45,482 bases of DNA. Origin: Spirochaetota bacterium (GTDB lineage: Bacteria > Spirochaetota > UBA4802 > JAFGJZ01). Of the stretch, positions 37,519 to 45,482 are shown one piece after another. The notes below the pieces were generated by a model, which ran no database searches, had not been told where the DNA came from, and saw only the letters and a program-made list of their open reading frames with translations. The stretch is from assembly GCA_035430785.1 (NCBI GenBank), contig DAOMHE010000001.1, positions 1 to 45,482 of the forward strand, in the 5' to 3' direction. A program made the position numbers and the translations under genes. How positions within the stretch are numbered: position 1 is the first letter of the stretch; each line of letters starts with the position of its first letter.

Positions 37519-40004
37519 TTAAGAAAAATTATTTCTGGTCTCTGTTCTTTATATGTGCTTCTACTATTTCTCTTGAAGTTGCTATGCTGCGGTTTTTTTC
37601 CGCAGCATCATGGCAGTCCTTCGGAGCAATGGTTATAAGTATTGCTTTGATGGGATTCGGTGTTAGCGGCACGGTTCTTACTATTTTTAAGGACTTTTTT
37701 CATCATGAGACCAGAAAGAAGATTTCTTATATAGCAATATTATACCTGATTTCTCTTTCTCTTTCTTTTTTAGCAGCATCTTATATTCAGTTTAATCCGA
37801 ATAAAATGCTGAACCCCTCAACTATTCCGGGAGAAGTCGTAAACCTTGCAAAATATTTTGCAGTGTTTTTTGTTCCATTCTTTTTTGGCGGTCTTTATAC
37901 AGGTCTTTCTTTTATTATTCATCATGAGAAGATCGGTAAGATATATTTCTTTGATCTTTTCGGTGCTGGTTTGGGTGCATTATCCGTAATTTTTGTAATG
38001 TATGTTCTGAATCCATTTTATCTGGTAGTTTATGTTTTCATTCTTGCATTGGTTGCGACTTTTTTAACATTAAAGAATTCAGAAATAGGAAAGAAGCAAA
38101 CTGCGGTTTGTTTAATTTTAGTTTTGAGTTCAATATCTGCTTTTATTTTCTTTGATAAATCCGACTATCATATTTATAAACCGGCAAGTCAGATTAAACT
38201 TGTTGCTGGGAACAAACCTCTTTTAAAAAAGCCAATCTATTCCCCTGTTGGAATGATTGAAGTAAATTCAAATCTGACTGAAAAATGTAATCTTCCTCTT
38301 TCCCAGGAATTTGCAACATATGTTCCTGACGGAATTTTACCGGATATTTATCCAGGTATATACATAGATGGAAACAGAGCAGACGGTCTATTTGTAAAAT
38401 CTGAAGATACGCGATTTGCTCATTACAGTTTATACAACGCTCAGTATCTTTTAAAGAAGAATCCGGAAACTCTTTTAATCGGCTGCGGCGGAGGATTTAA
38501 TGTCTTTAAAGCCTATGAACTGGGTGCAAAAAATCTTACAATAGTTGAACCGAATCCGTTTATGATATCTCTTTTGAAAGATGAATTTTCAGAAATGAAC
38601 GGAAATCTTCTTAACAGAAAAGACCAGACTATTATTGTAAATGACGGAAGGACGTTTGCGTTAAGAGAAAAGAAGAAATATGATTTAGTTGAAATTTCTG
38701 ATTATGCAGTTTCTTCCCGTCAGGAGGAAAATTATCTTCTGACAGTTGAAGCTTTAAAAGATTATGATAATCTTTTAAAAGAAAAAGGAATTTTATCTGT
38801 AGGAATAGATGTTTCTGAGAATTTCTTTTACGCTTTAAGACTTGTTAAAACTGTGAGAGATTATATCTCTGAGAATGGAGATAATCCGAATAACAGAATA
38901 GTAGTTATCAAAAGTCTTTTTAAAATGCTTATATTGGTTAAAAAAGGTGATTTTGAAAAATCTGAAATAGATACTTTAAATAAATTCTGTTCAGACTTAG
39001 CTTTTGATCTAATGTACTATCCTGGGATTACAGGTGACGGAGCTATTTACAACATATCTCAGTATATAAAGATTAAAGAAAATGATAATACAGATCCTAT
39101 GGACATTGCTCCTGTGATGAAAATGAAGGATGATCAGTTATATTCTTTGGTTAGCGGTATTATTAACGGATCAGAAAAGCTTGATAATTGCATTTTCGAT
39201 TTTAAGCCGGCAAGAGATAATTGTCCTTATTTCTATTCTCTATTAAAGCCTTCAAAGCTAAATAAAGCAATATCTACTTATGAATTAGGCGGACTTCCTC
39301 AACAGGAAATCGGATCGTTAATATTATTTTCAAACTTTTTTAATGTACTGGTTTCAGCATTGATTGTTGTTCTGATACCTTTTGCAGCAAAATTTGTAAT
39401 TAAAAGAAAAAAGCATTTTCATTTATCACCGAAATTCTACTTAAAAAGCGGGACATATTTCATGTGTCTAGGTCTGGGATTTCTTTTTATTGAAATGATT
39501 CTTATTCAGAAATTAGCTCTGTTTCTTGGAGATATAATTTATTCTTTCTCGATTGTTCTTTCTAGTATATTGATTTATGCCGGAGTAGGTTCTTATTTTT
39601 CAGAAAAATTTGTTAATAATCCAAAACGATGTGTCAGGTTTGCTTCATTTTTTACTGTCCTGGGAGTTTTGTTCATTATATTTATTCTTCCTTCACTAAT
39701 TCATTTTTTCAGTTTTGCTTCTTTTCCTTTACGTATAGTTATCTCTTTGATTATTTCAGCTCCTGTAGCTATTTTTCTAGGTTTCTTTTTTCCTTTAGGT
39801 CTTGGTCAGCTAAAGGGAAAAAAATCCGCTTTTGTTCCATGGGCATGGAGTATTAACGGAGCGTTTTCTGTAATTTCATCCGTTAGTGCAAAAATATTGT
39901 CTCAGATTGCAGGATTCAATTTTGTTCTGATTCTTGCTGCAATTCTTTATATTGTTGCGGCTTTGGTTTTTCCTGAACATTCTGAAGCTGATAATAAAGA
40001 ATAG
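37515..40004 (+). CDS. polytopic membrane protein with a central spermidine-synthase-like (AdoMet-fold) domain
   Basis: About 7 TM helices, then a ~400-aa soluble domain (LLIGCGGGFNVF glycine motif, LVEISDYA acidic motif), then about 7 TM helices. ATGA overlap with the PIMT gene. Confidence 0.75.
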   Translation: MIKKNYFWSLFFICASTISLEVAMLRFFSAASWQSFGAMVISIALMGFGVSGTVLTIFKDFFHHETRKKISYIAILYLISLSLSFLAASYIQFNPNKMLNPSTIPGEVVNLAKYFAVFFVPFFFGGLYTGLSFIIHHEKIGKIYFFDLFGAGLGALSVIFVMYVLNPFYLVVYVFILALVATFLTLKNSEIGKKQTAVCLILVLSSISAFIFFDKSDYHIYKPASQIKLVAGNKPLLKKPIYSPVGMIEVNSNLTEKCNLPLSQEFATYVPDGILPDIYPGIYIDGNRADGLFVKSEDTRFAHYSLYNAQYLLKKNPETLLIGCGGGFNVFKAYELGAKNLTIVEPNPFMISLLKDEFSEMNGNLLNRKDQTIIVNDGRTFALREKKKYDLVEISDYAVSSRQEENYLLTVEALKDYDNLLKEKGILSVGIDVSENFFYALRLVKTVRDYISENGDNPNNRIVVIKSLFKMLILVKKGDFEKSEIDTLNKFCSDLAFDLMYYPGITGDGAIYNISQYIKIKENDNTDPMDIAPVMKMKDDQLYSLVSGIINGSEKLDNCIFDFKPARDNCPYFYSLLKPSKLNKAISTYELGGLPQQEIGSLILFSNFFNVLVSALIVVLIPFAAKFVIKRKKHFHLSPKFYLKSGTYFMCLGLGFLFIEMILIQKLALFLGDIIYSFSIVLSSILIYAGVGSYFSEKFVNNPKRCVRFASFFTVLGVLFIIFILPSLIHFFSFASFPLRIVISLIISAPVAIFLGFFFPLGLGQLKGKKSAFVPWAWSINGAFSVISSVSAKILSQIAGFNFVLILAAILYIVAALVFPEHSEADNKE

Positions 40005-40021
40005 AAAATTGATTCTTATTC

Positions 40022-40049
40022 ATAAGGCTCTTTATATAAAGAGCCTTAT
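40022..40049 (+). repeat. perfect 28-nt palindrome (intercistronic stem-loop)
   Basis: ATAAGGCTCTTTAT|ATAAAGAGCCTTAT, 18 nt after the stop at 40004 and 5 nt before the AAGGGG SD of the next gene. No T-tract. Confidence 0.6.
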
Positions 40050-40063
40050 ATTAAGGGGCGTAA

Positions 40064-42817
40064 ATGGAATATTTTTTACTATTTATCAGTATTTTTCTTT
40101 CTTTAACTTCTTTGCTTGTTTCAGCTTTTCTTTTTATTAAAATAGAAAGACTTTTAGAAGGTAGATTTAAGAAAGAGCCGTCTTCTAAAGCCAAAATAGA
40201 TATACCAAATAGAACTTCTAAAAAGTCAAAATTAGTAGATCAAAAAAAAAACTATAAAGATATAATCTTAAAAGCTGAAAAAAAATATTTCAGAAATATA
40301 ACCAATATTATCGGATTATTTTTTCTTTCTATCGGATTACTGTTTTTTGCAGGGTATGCCTTTTCTCAAATATCTCCTTTCATTAGATTTATTTTATTAA
40401 ACGCTTTATCGATATTACTCTTGATATTAGGTTTTCTTTTTCAGAAAAAAAGAAAACCTAATATAGCTATAATATTAAAAACTTTATGCGGAGCAGTTTT
40501 ATTGTTTTCTGCAGTTGGTTCAGCTAAATTTCAACTGCTTCATTGGACAAATAATGAATTATACTTAATGATTTATTCATTATTCTCTGTTATTGTTAAT
40601 GTGTTACTTGCTTATGTAAAAAATGACAATAATTATGATAAGATTCATTTACTATTATCTCTGTTTGCATTATCTTTTTTAAACCAGACTAACAGCATTT
40701 TTGTTATATCCGCTATTTTCTCCGTTAGTGCGGTATTAATCTCAATAAAAAGACAAGATCTTTATTCGGTCTATATAATATCCTTTATTTATTTTATCTA
40801 TCAATTATATGTTTCTTTTACTTCAGCTTACTTTTTTCAATTAAATAATAATGTAGGTATAGTTTCAAGTTTCGTAATAGTTTTGTTTCCATTATTATTA
40901 TATATTTATAGAAGAGATACGGTTAAAATACGATTTCCATTTTCTTTAATATTTTATTTGATAAATATTTTTATGTTTTTCATAACAATATATCAGTATT
41001 CAATCAGCAAAGAAAATAAAGAAATATTACTATTTGGATCAGCTTTAGTGTTATATATAATAACAAAGAAAATGCTGAAATCAGTTTATCAATATATTAA
41101 GACTGTTAATATTTTTGCAATTATTGTTATCATTCTTTATGCTATATATTCATTAAATAATTTTAGTATTGGTAATGGTCTAATTATTTGTTCATCAATA
41201 ATATTTCTATATCTAATGTTATTGATAGAATACAAAGATGAAATCGTATTTAATGTATTATCTGTTGCTAGCAGTGTTTATATATTTGGATTGATTAATC
41301 TAATTAGATTAAATTCTTTCTCGAATAACTTAGAATTAGTAAAATATGGAATAACCGCAATTGTGTCGGGAATATTCTTTATTGTTTATATGTCAGCAGA
41401 TAAGAAAGTAAAATATTTAAATACTAAAATATGGTTTATAACAGGAATTCTTCCTTCTATAATACTTTCAGCATTATTTTTTTCTACAAGCTTTTCTTTT
41501 CGAAATTATCTTCTTTGGGGAATTTTCTTAATATTTTCAACAATTGTAAGTTTTGGATTAAAAAACGCATCATTGAAATATGGGCAGGTAATTTCTGTTT
41601 TTATTTATTGCATTAGTGGATTCATTAATTTTGAAATTTCATATGATATTACAACTTCTTTATATCATTTTCTGCCTTTCATTATTATTCCATTGATAAG
41701 CCTTTTTTATTATTCTGAAAACAATGATTTCTTTTGCCGTTTTGTTTCAATGTTTACGATGTTTAGTTCTGTTCTTTGGTTTTGTTATAAAATATTTTTC
41801 CCTATTTCATCGCCTCTACCCGGAGTTATTTATTTACTGTTGTCGATATTTTCTTATGAAATCGGAGATTTAATATCTTCTACGAAAGTTAAATTATTAT
41901 ACAGATTAAAAAATAATTTTTATTTATGGGGTTTTCTTTTAAGTATATTGTTTTTAATTTTTCATTTAGCAATCATTTTAAATTCTGAAAAGTATTTCGA
42001 TATTAAAGGATTTCATTTTCAAGTAAGACTATTAATAGAAATTGCGGCAATAATTGTTTTTTTATACTTTTGTTTATCAAAAAGAAAAATATCAAACATT
42101 ATAATTAGCAAACTATATAATTTAAATATAGAAATTCTTGTTTTAGTGATTATATTTGCAGTAAAATCTCAAATTCAAAGAATATATCATTCTCCAATTT
42201 GGGTATTAATATCCTTTCTAATATTCTTTGGCTGTAAATACTTAAATGGAAATCCATGGAGATTAAAATTATATTCAGTATTATTTTGTTTAGCATCAAT
42301 GATTCAAACTGCCTTTTATTTAGGTACAAAAGTTTCTGCTGATGGAATTTTCTATAAACAGGGATGGTTTTTAGGTATCATCGCTGTATCTCTTCAATGC
42401 GTATTCATAATTACTATAAGACAGAGTAAATATCTGGAAGTTCCAGATATTTCAAATAGAAATGGACTCATAGGAATTATTAAAAAGCAAATTCAATTAA
42501 AATATGACAGATATATGTATTACTTATTATTTTTGTGTATTGCATTATATATAAAGAGTTCTTTCGATAGTTCAATTCATTCTTTGTTATGGTTAATCGA
42601 AACATTCATAATATATATAACCGGAGTTATTCATAAGGATAAAACATTAAGAATGATAGCAGTTTCGTTTATTATTTTATGTCTTTTCAGAATGATCATA
42701 GTTGATTTGAAAGAACAGAATCTGATAATAAAATCAGCGATATTCTTTATCGCAGGAATTCTTTTAATATTGATAAATATGATATATAAAAAGAAAGTAT
42801 ACAGTAATGAAAATTAA
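40064..42817 (+). CDS. DUF2339-like giant polytopic membrane protein
   Basis: 917 aa. One N-terminal TM, a basic linker, then more than 20 hydrophobic helices with no soluble domain. Confidence 0.7.
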   Translation: MEYFLLFISIFLSLTSLLVSAFLFIKIERLLEGRFKKEPSSKAKIDIPNRTSKKSKLVDQKKNYKDIILKAEKKYFRNITNIIGLFFLSIGLLFFAGYAFSQISPFIRFILLNALSILLLILGFLFQKKRKPNIAIILKTLCGAVLLFSAVGSAKFQLLHWTNNELYLMIYSLFSVIVNVLLAYVKNDNNYDKIHLLLSLFALSFLNQTNSIFVISAIFSVSAVLISIKRQDLYSVYIISFIYFIYQLYVSFTSAYFFQLNNNVGIVSSFVIVLFPLLLYIYRRDTVKIRFPFSLIFYLINIFMFFITIYQYSISKENKEILLFGSALVLYIITKKMLKSVYQYIKTVNIFAIIVIILYAIYSLNNFSIGNGLIICSSIIFLYLMLLIEYKDEIVFNVLSVASSVYIFGLINLIRLNSFSNNLELVKYGITAIVSGIFFIVYMSADKKVKYLNTKIWFITGILPSIILSALFFSTSFSFRNYLLWGIFLIFSTIVSFGLKNASLKYGQVISVFIYCISGFINFEISYDITTSLYHFLPFIIIPLISLFYYSENNDFFCRFVSMFTMFSSVLWFCYKIFFPISSPLPGVIYLLLSIFSYEIGDLISSTKVKLLYRLKNNFYLWGFLLSILFLIFHLAIILNSEKYFDIKGFHFQVRLLIEIAAIIVFLYFCLSKRKISNIIISKLYNLNIEILVLVIIFAVKSQIQRIYHSPIWVLISFLIFFGCKYLNGNPWRLKLYSVLFCLASMIQTAFYLGTKVSADGIFYKQGWFLGIIAVSLQCVFIITIRQSKYLEVPDISNRNGLIGIIKKQIQLKYDRYMYYLLFLCIALYIKSSFDSSIHSLLWLIETFIIYITGVIHKDKTLRMIAVSFIILCLFRMIIVDLKEQNLIIKSAIFFIAGILLILINMIYKKKVYSNEN

Positions 42818-43598
42818 ATTTATTTTTTTGCCGATATCTATAGCCTTAATTATTTTTCTGATAATAAATCTTTATAATCAGAAGATTGATTCTAAAATAG
42901 ATTTTTCGTCATCAGCATTTTTTAGATTAATGGGGGCGTCAGCTGAATCTTTAACAGGTATTCTCGTTAAATCAGTGCCTGTTGACAATTTAGATGAAAA
43001 AGAGTATGGAGAAGCTTTAAAAGAAAGATTTAGTCCCGGAAAAAAAAATATTTCTTATAATCGAATTAATAATATAATGAAGATATTGGCAGTTAAAAAA
43101 AAGAAAAATTTTGATTATGAAGTTTTTGTACTAGAAGATCTTACTCCTAATGCTTACGCAATGCCTGGAGGAGTAATTGTTGTAACTAGAGGGCTATGCA
43201 ATTTAATGAATGATGATGAATTAGCAGCTATTTTAGGTCATGAAATGGGACATATTGAACTGTCACATGCTTTTGATAAAGTAAGAATAGAAATTGCTGC
43301 AAAAAAAATGAAAATTGAAACACTAGGAGAAATGACACACATAGGAACAAGTATAATTATTAATAATATATATTCAATGGCACAGGAAAATGAGGCAGAT
43401 GAATATGCATGGAGTATTCTTCGTGAGACAAACTTAAAAACGAAGGGATTACCTGACGCATTAATTAAGCTAAAAAATGAAAATATTAAATATATTAAAA
43501 AAACTGAGAGTGTCGATTACTTTTCTTCGCATCCCCCAATAGATAAGAGAATAGAAAAGTTTACAGAAAGAGAAAGAATTATGAAGAAAAATCCTTGA
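42807..43598 (+). CDS. M48-family zinc metalloprotease, membrane-anchored
   Basis: N-terminal TM. NAYAMPGGVIVV, HEMGHIELSH (HExxH) and a downstream ENEADEYA glutamate ligand. 11-nt overlap with the upstream gene. Confidence 0.85.
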   Translation: MKIKFIFLPISIALIIFLIINLYNQKIDSKIDFSSSAFFRLMGASAESLTGILVKSVPVDNLDEKEYGEALKERFSPGKKNISYNRINNIMKILAVKKKKNFDYEVFVLEDLTPNAYAMPGGVIVVTRGLCNLMNDDELAAILGHEMGHIELSHAFDKVRIEIAAKKMKIETLGEMTHIGTSIIINNIYSMAQENEADEYAWSILRETNLKTKGLPDALIKLKNENIKYIKKTESVDYFSSHPPIDKRIEKFTERERIMKKNP

Positions 43599-43643
43599 TC
43601 TTAATGGGTGCTAAATAAGAACCTGATTTATTAGGAGATATTA

Positions 43644-44069
43644 ATGGCTATAGAAAGAACTTTTTCAATAATTAAACCCAATGCAGTAAAGAAGAATGTA
43701 ATTGGTGAAATTTTGACGAGATTTGAGAAAAGCGGACTTAAAGTAATTGCTTCAAGAATGATTCATATGTCAAGAAAAGAAGCTGAAGGATTTTATTCAG
43801 TTCATAAAGGTAAACCTTTTTTTGACGACTTGGTTTCATTTATGATTTCCGGTCCGGTAGTTGTTCAGGTTCTTGAGGGCGAGAATGCAATCTTAAAAAA
43901 CAGAGAAATAATGGGTGCAACTAATCCGGCAAATGCAGCACCTGGAACAATAAGAGCGGATTTTGCTGATGGCTTTACAGAAAATGCTGTTCACGGTTCT
44001 GATGCTCCGGAAACAGCTAATCAGGAAATAGCATACTTTTTTTCTGAAACAGAAATATGTCCAAGATAA
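43644..44069 (+). CDS. ndk: nucleoside diphosphate kinase
   Basis: 141 aa. [12 protein letters not shown] and NAVHGSD (active-site His). TAGGAGA SD. Confidence 0.95.
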   Translation: MAIERTFSIIKPNAVKKNVIGEILTRFEKSGLKVIASRMIHMSRKEAEGFYSVHKGKPFFDDLVSFMISGPVVVQVLEGENAILKNREIMGATNPANAAPGTIRADFADGFTENAVHGSDAPETANQEIAYFFSETEICPR

Positions 44070-44074
44070 AACAA

Positions 44075-44098
44075 AAAGCCGCGCTTTAGCGCGGCTTT
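44075..44098. terminator. bidirectional intrinsic terminator between ndk and hisD
   Basis: AAAGCCGCGC-TTTA-GCGCGGCTTT. GC-rich stem flanked by A and T runs on both sides. Confidence 0.8.
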
Positions 44099-44108
44099 AT
44101 CTTAAGTA

Positions 44109-45410
44109 CTAATTTTCAAATCTAATATTAACAGCTCCGCCGTGCTTATCATCAAATCCTTCAACTTCGGAAATTTTAAGAACGAAATCTTTTGATTTTC
44201 TTAAGCCTTCTTCAGAAATATTTTGAAATGTCATTCTTCTCATAAATGAATCAACAGATAAACCGGAAGAAAATCTTGCTGCGCCGCCTACAGGAAGAAT
44301 ATGGTTTGTTCCTGAAAAGTAATCGCCAATTGGAACTGGAGAGTACGAACCAAGGAAGACGGAACCTGCATTTTTAATTTTTTCTAAGTAAGAATTCGGA
44401 TTACTTACCATAACCTGAAGATGTTCAGGAGCATATTTATTTGAGAAATCTATAGCTTCTTCGAGACTATCCGATAAAAGAATTAAAGCATGATTTTTTA
44501 TTGATTCGTGCTTTATTCTGCTTCTGCCTCTGCCGCTATCAAGATCTTCTTTTATGTAAGAAATAACTTCTTTTGCAAATTTTTCAGATGTTGTTACTAA
44601 AATAGATTTAGCATTTTCCTCATGCTCTGCCTGTGCAAGCAAATCCCATGCCGTCCATTTAGGATTTGCACTTTCATCAGCAATTATTAGAACTTCGCTT
44701 ACGCCGGCAAGAGAATCAATTTGAATTACGCCCAGACTGAAAAGATAACTTTTAGCTGCTGTAACAAAGACATTGCCGGGACCTACTATAATTTCTGACT
44801 TTGGAACAGTTTCGGTTCCAAAAGCAGCAGCAGCTATTCCCTGAGCCCCTCCTGCCTTGATTATATTAGTAATACCTAGAATCTTGCATGCAGCACAAAC
44901 GGGATCAGCGATTTTTCCTTCGTTTCTTGGAGGTGAAATTAAAGTAATGTCAGAAACCCCTGCAATCTGTGCCGGAATTATCCCCATAAGAACGGAGGAG
45001 GGATATGCGGCTTTTCCTCCAGGTACGTAAACTGCAGCGCTGTCGATAGCGTGGTATTTTAACCCAAGAAGAGATCCGTCAGGACGGCTGTAAGAAAAAT
45101 TATTTTTAATCTGCTTTGAATGAAATTCACGGATATTATCTACAGCTTTTTCAAGGGCAATGATTACTTCTTTAGAGGTATTTGAATAACCTTTTTCAAT
45201 TTCTGTCTTTTCAGCAAGAACAGAATCAATTTTGAATTTATCAAATTTTTCGGTATAATTAATAACTGCAGAATTTCCGTGATTTTTGACATCATTAACA
45301 ATGGGGATTACCGTATCAGTCATTATTTTACTGAAATCATCACCAAAACGAAAAAATAATCCGGATTTTTCAGTTTTTGAAAGATCTGAAAGTTTTTTAA
45401 CAGGTATCAT
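44109..45410 (-). CDS. hisD: histidinol dehydrogenase
   Basis: 433 aa. Full-length HisD pattern including AGPSE-like GVSEVLIIAD, QAEHE and HGG C-terminal motifs. Confidence 0.95.
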   Translation of the reverse strand: MIPVKKLSDLSKTEKSGLFFRFGDDFSKIMTDTVIPIVNDVKNHGNSAVINYTEKFDKFKIDSVLAEKTEIEKGYSNTSKEVIIALEKAVDNIREFHSKQIKNNFSYSRPDGSLLGLKYHAIDSAAVYVPGGKAAYPSSVLMGIIPAQIAGVSDITLISPPRNEGKIADPVCAACKILGITNIIKAGGAQGIAAAAFGTETVPKSEIIVGPGNVFVTAAKSYLFSLGVIQIDSLAGVSEVLIIADESANPKWTAWDLLAQAEHEENAKSILVTTSEKFAKEVISYIKEDLDSGRGRSRIKHESIKNHALILLSDSLEEAIDFSNKYAPEHLQVMVSNPNSYLEKIKNAGSVFLGSYSPVPIGDYFSGTNHILPVGGAARFSSGLSVDSFMRRMTFQNISEEGLRKSKDFVLKISEVEGFDDKHGGAVNIRFEN

Positions 45411-45426
45411 AAAACCCCGCAGAAAT

Positions 45427-45459
45427 AAAAAAACCTCTTCTGAAAAGAAGAGGTTTTTT
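45427..45459 (-). terminator. intrinsic terminator of the minus-strand gene beyond the right edge
   Basis: AAAAAAACCTCTTC-TGAAAA-GAAGAGGTTTTTT, an 8-bp stem with A/T runs on both sides, upstream of hisD. Confidence 0.6.
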
Positions 45460-45482
45460 ATGAATTTATAATTCCGAGTCTG

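Noticed and set aside
39629-40140. Plus-strand ORFs 39629-39856 and 39934-40140, and 41431-41616 in the DUF2339 gene.
   Set aside because: These are out-of-frame overlaps of long membrane-protein genes. Their Phe/Ser-rich products come from T-rich codons and have no independent support.
1-45482. Search for CRISPR arrays, tRNA/rRNA genes, transposases, integrases, phage or toxin-antitoxin modules, and restriction endonucleases.
   Set aside because: I saw no regularly spaced direct repeats, no cloverleaf-like GC-rich segments in the intergenic regions, and no ORF with recombinase, nuclease or toxin motifs. The window reads as core origin-proximal chromosome.

Overview
AT-rich bacterial chromosomal window covering the replication-origin neighbourhood. 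All family calls come from reading motifs in the supplied translations; no searches were run. Core block: mnmG-rsmG on the minus strand, carrying two parS centromere sites, then dnaA-dnaN-recF-DUF721(DciA-like)-DUF370(RemB-like)-gyrB-gyrA on the plus strand. From 250 to 14753 almost every gene is on the minus strand: a five-gene carboxyspermidine-route polyamine operon, a CheX-like gene, an amidohydrolase, purD, an M18 aminopeptidase and a vWA-TM-FHA protein; only the lipoprotein gene and zupT are on the plus strand there. From dnaA to ndk every gene is on the plus strand. This polarity, the parS sites and the synteny place oriC next to dnaA, although I see no convincing cluster of canonical DnaA boxes there. 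Between 14.9 and 26.3 kb lie a solitary gamma-class N6-adenine DNA methyltransferase, a macro-domain gene, pyrF, a pseudo-receiver GGDEF protein, a B12-type radical SAM enzyme, a receiver-PP2C phosphatase and a small PC4/YdbC-like ssDNA-binding gene abutting the origin. Downstream of gyrA is a co-directional run of envelope-targeted genes: a class-A beta-lactamase-like hydrolase, a lipoprotein form of protein-isoaspartyl methyltransferase, a 14-TM protein with a spermidine-synthase-like domain that looks periplasmic, a giant DUF2339 membrane protein and an M48 protease. I consider this the best candidate for an undescribed system. It is followed by ndk and hisD. I saw no rRNA, tRNA, CRISPR array, transposase, integrase or phage genes. 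The lineage is unclear; CheX, many lipoproteins and receiver-PP2C are compatible with a spirochaete-like organism, but that is a weak inference. Several longest-ORF starts in the supplied track are GTG/TTG over-extensions, and I trimmed them to ATG starts with a Shine-Dalgarno sequence (SD).
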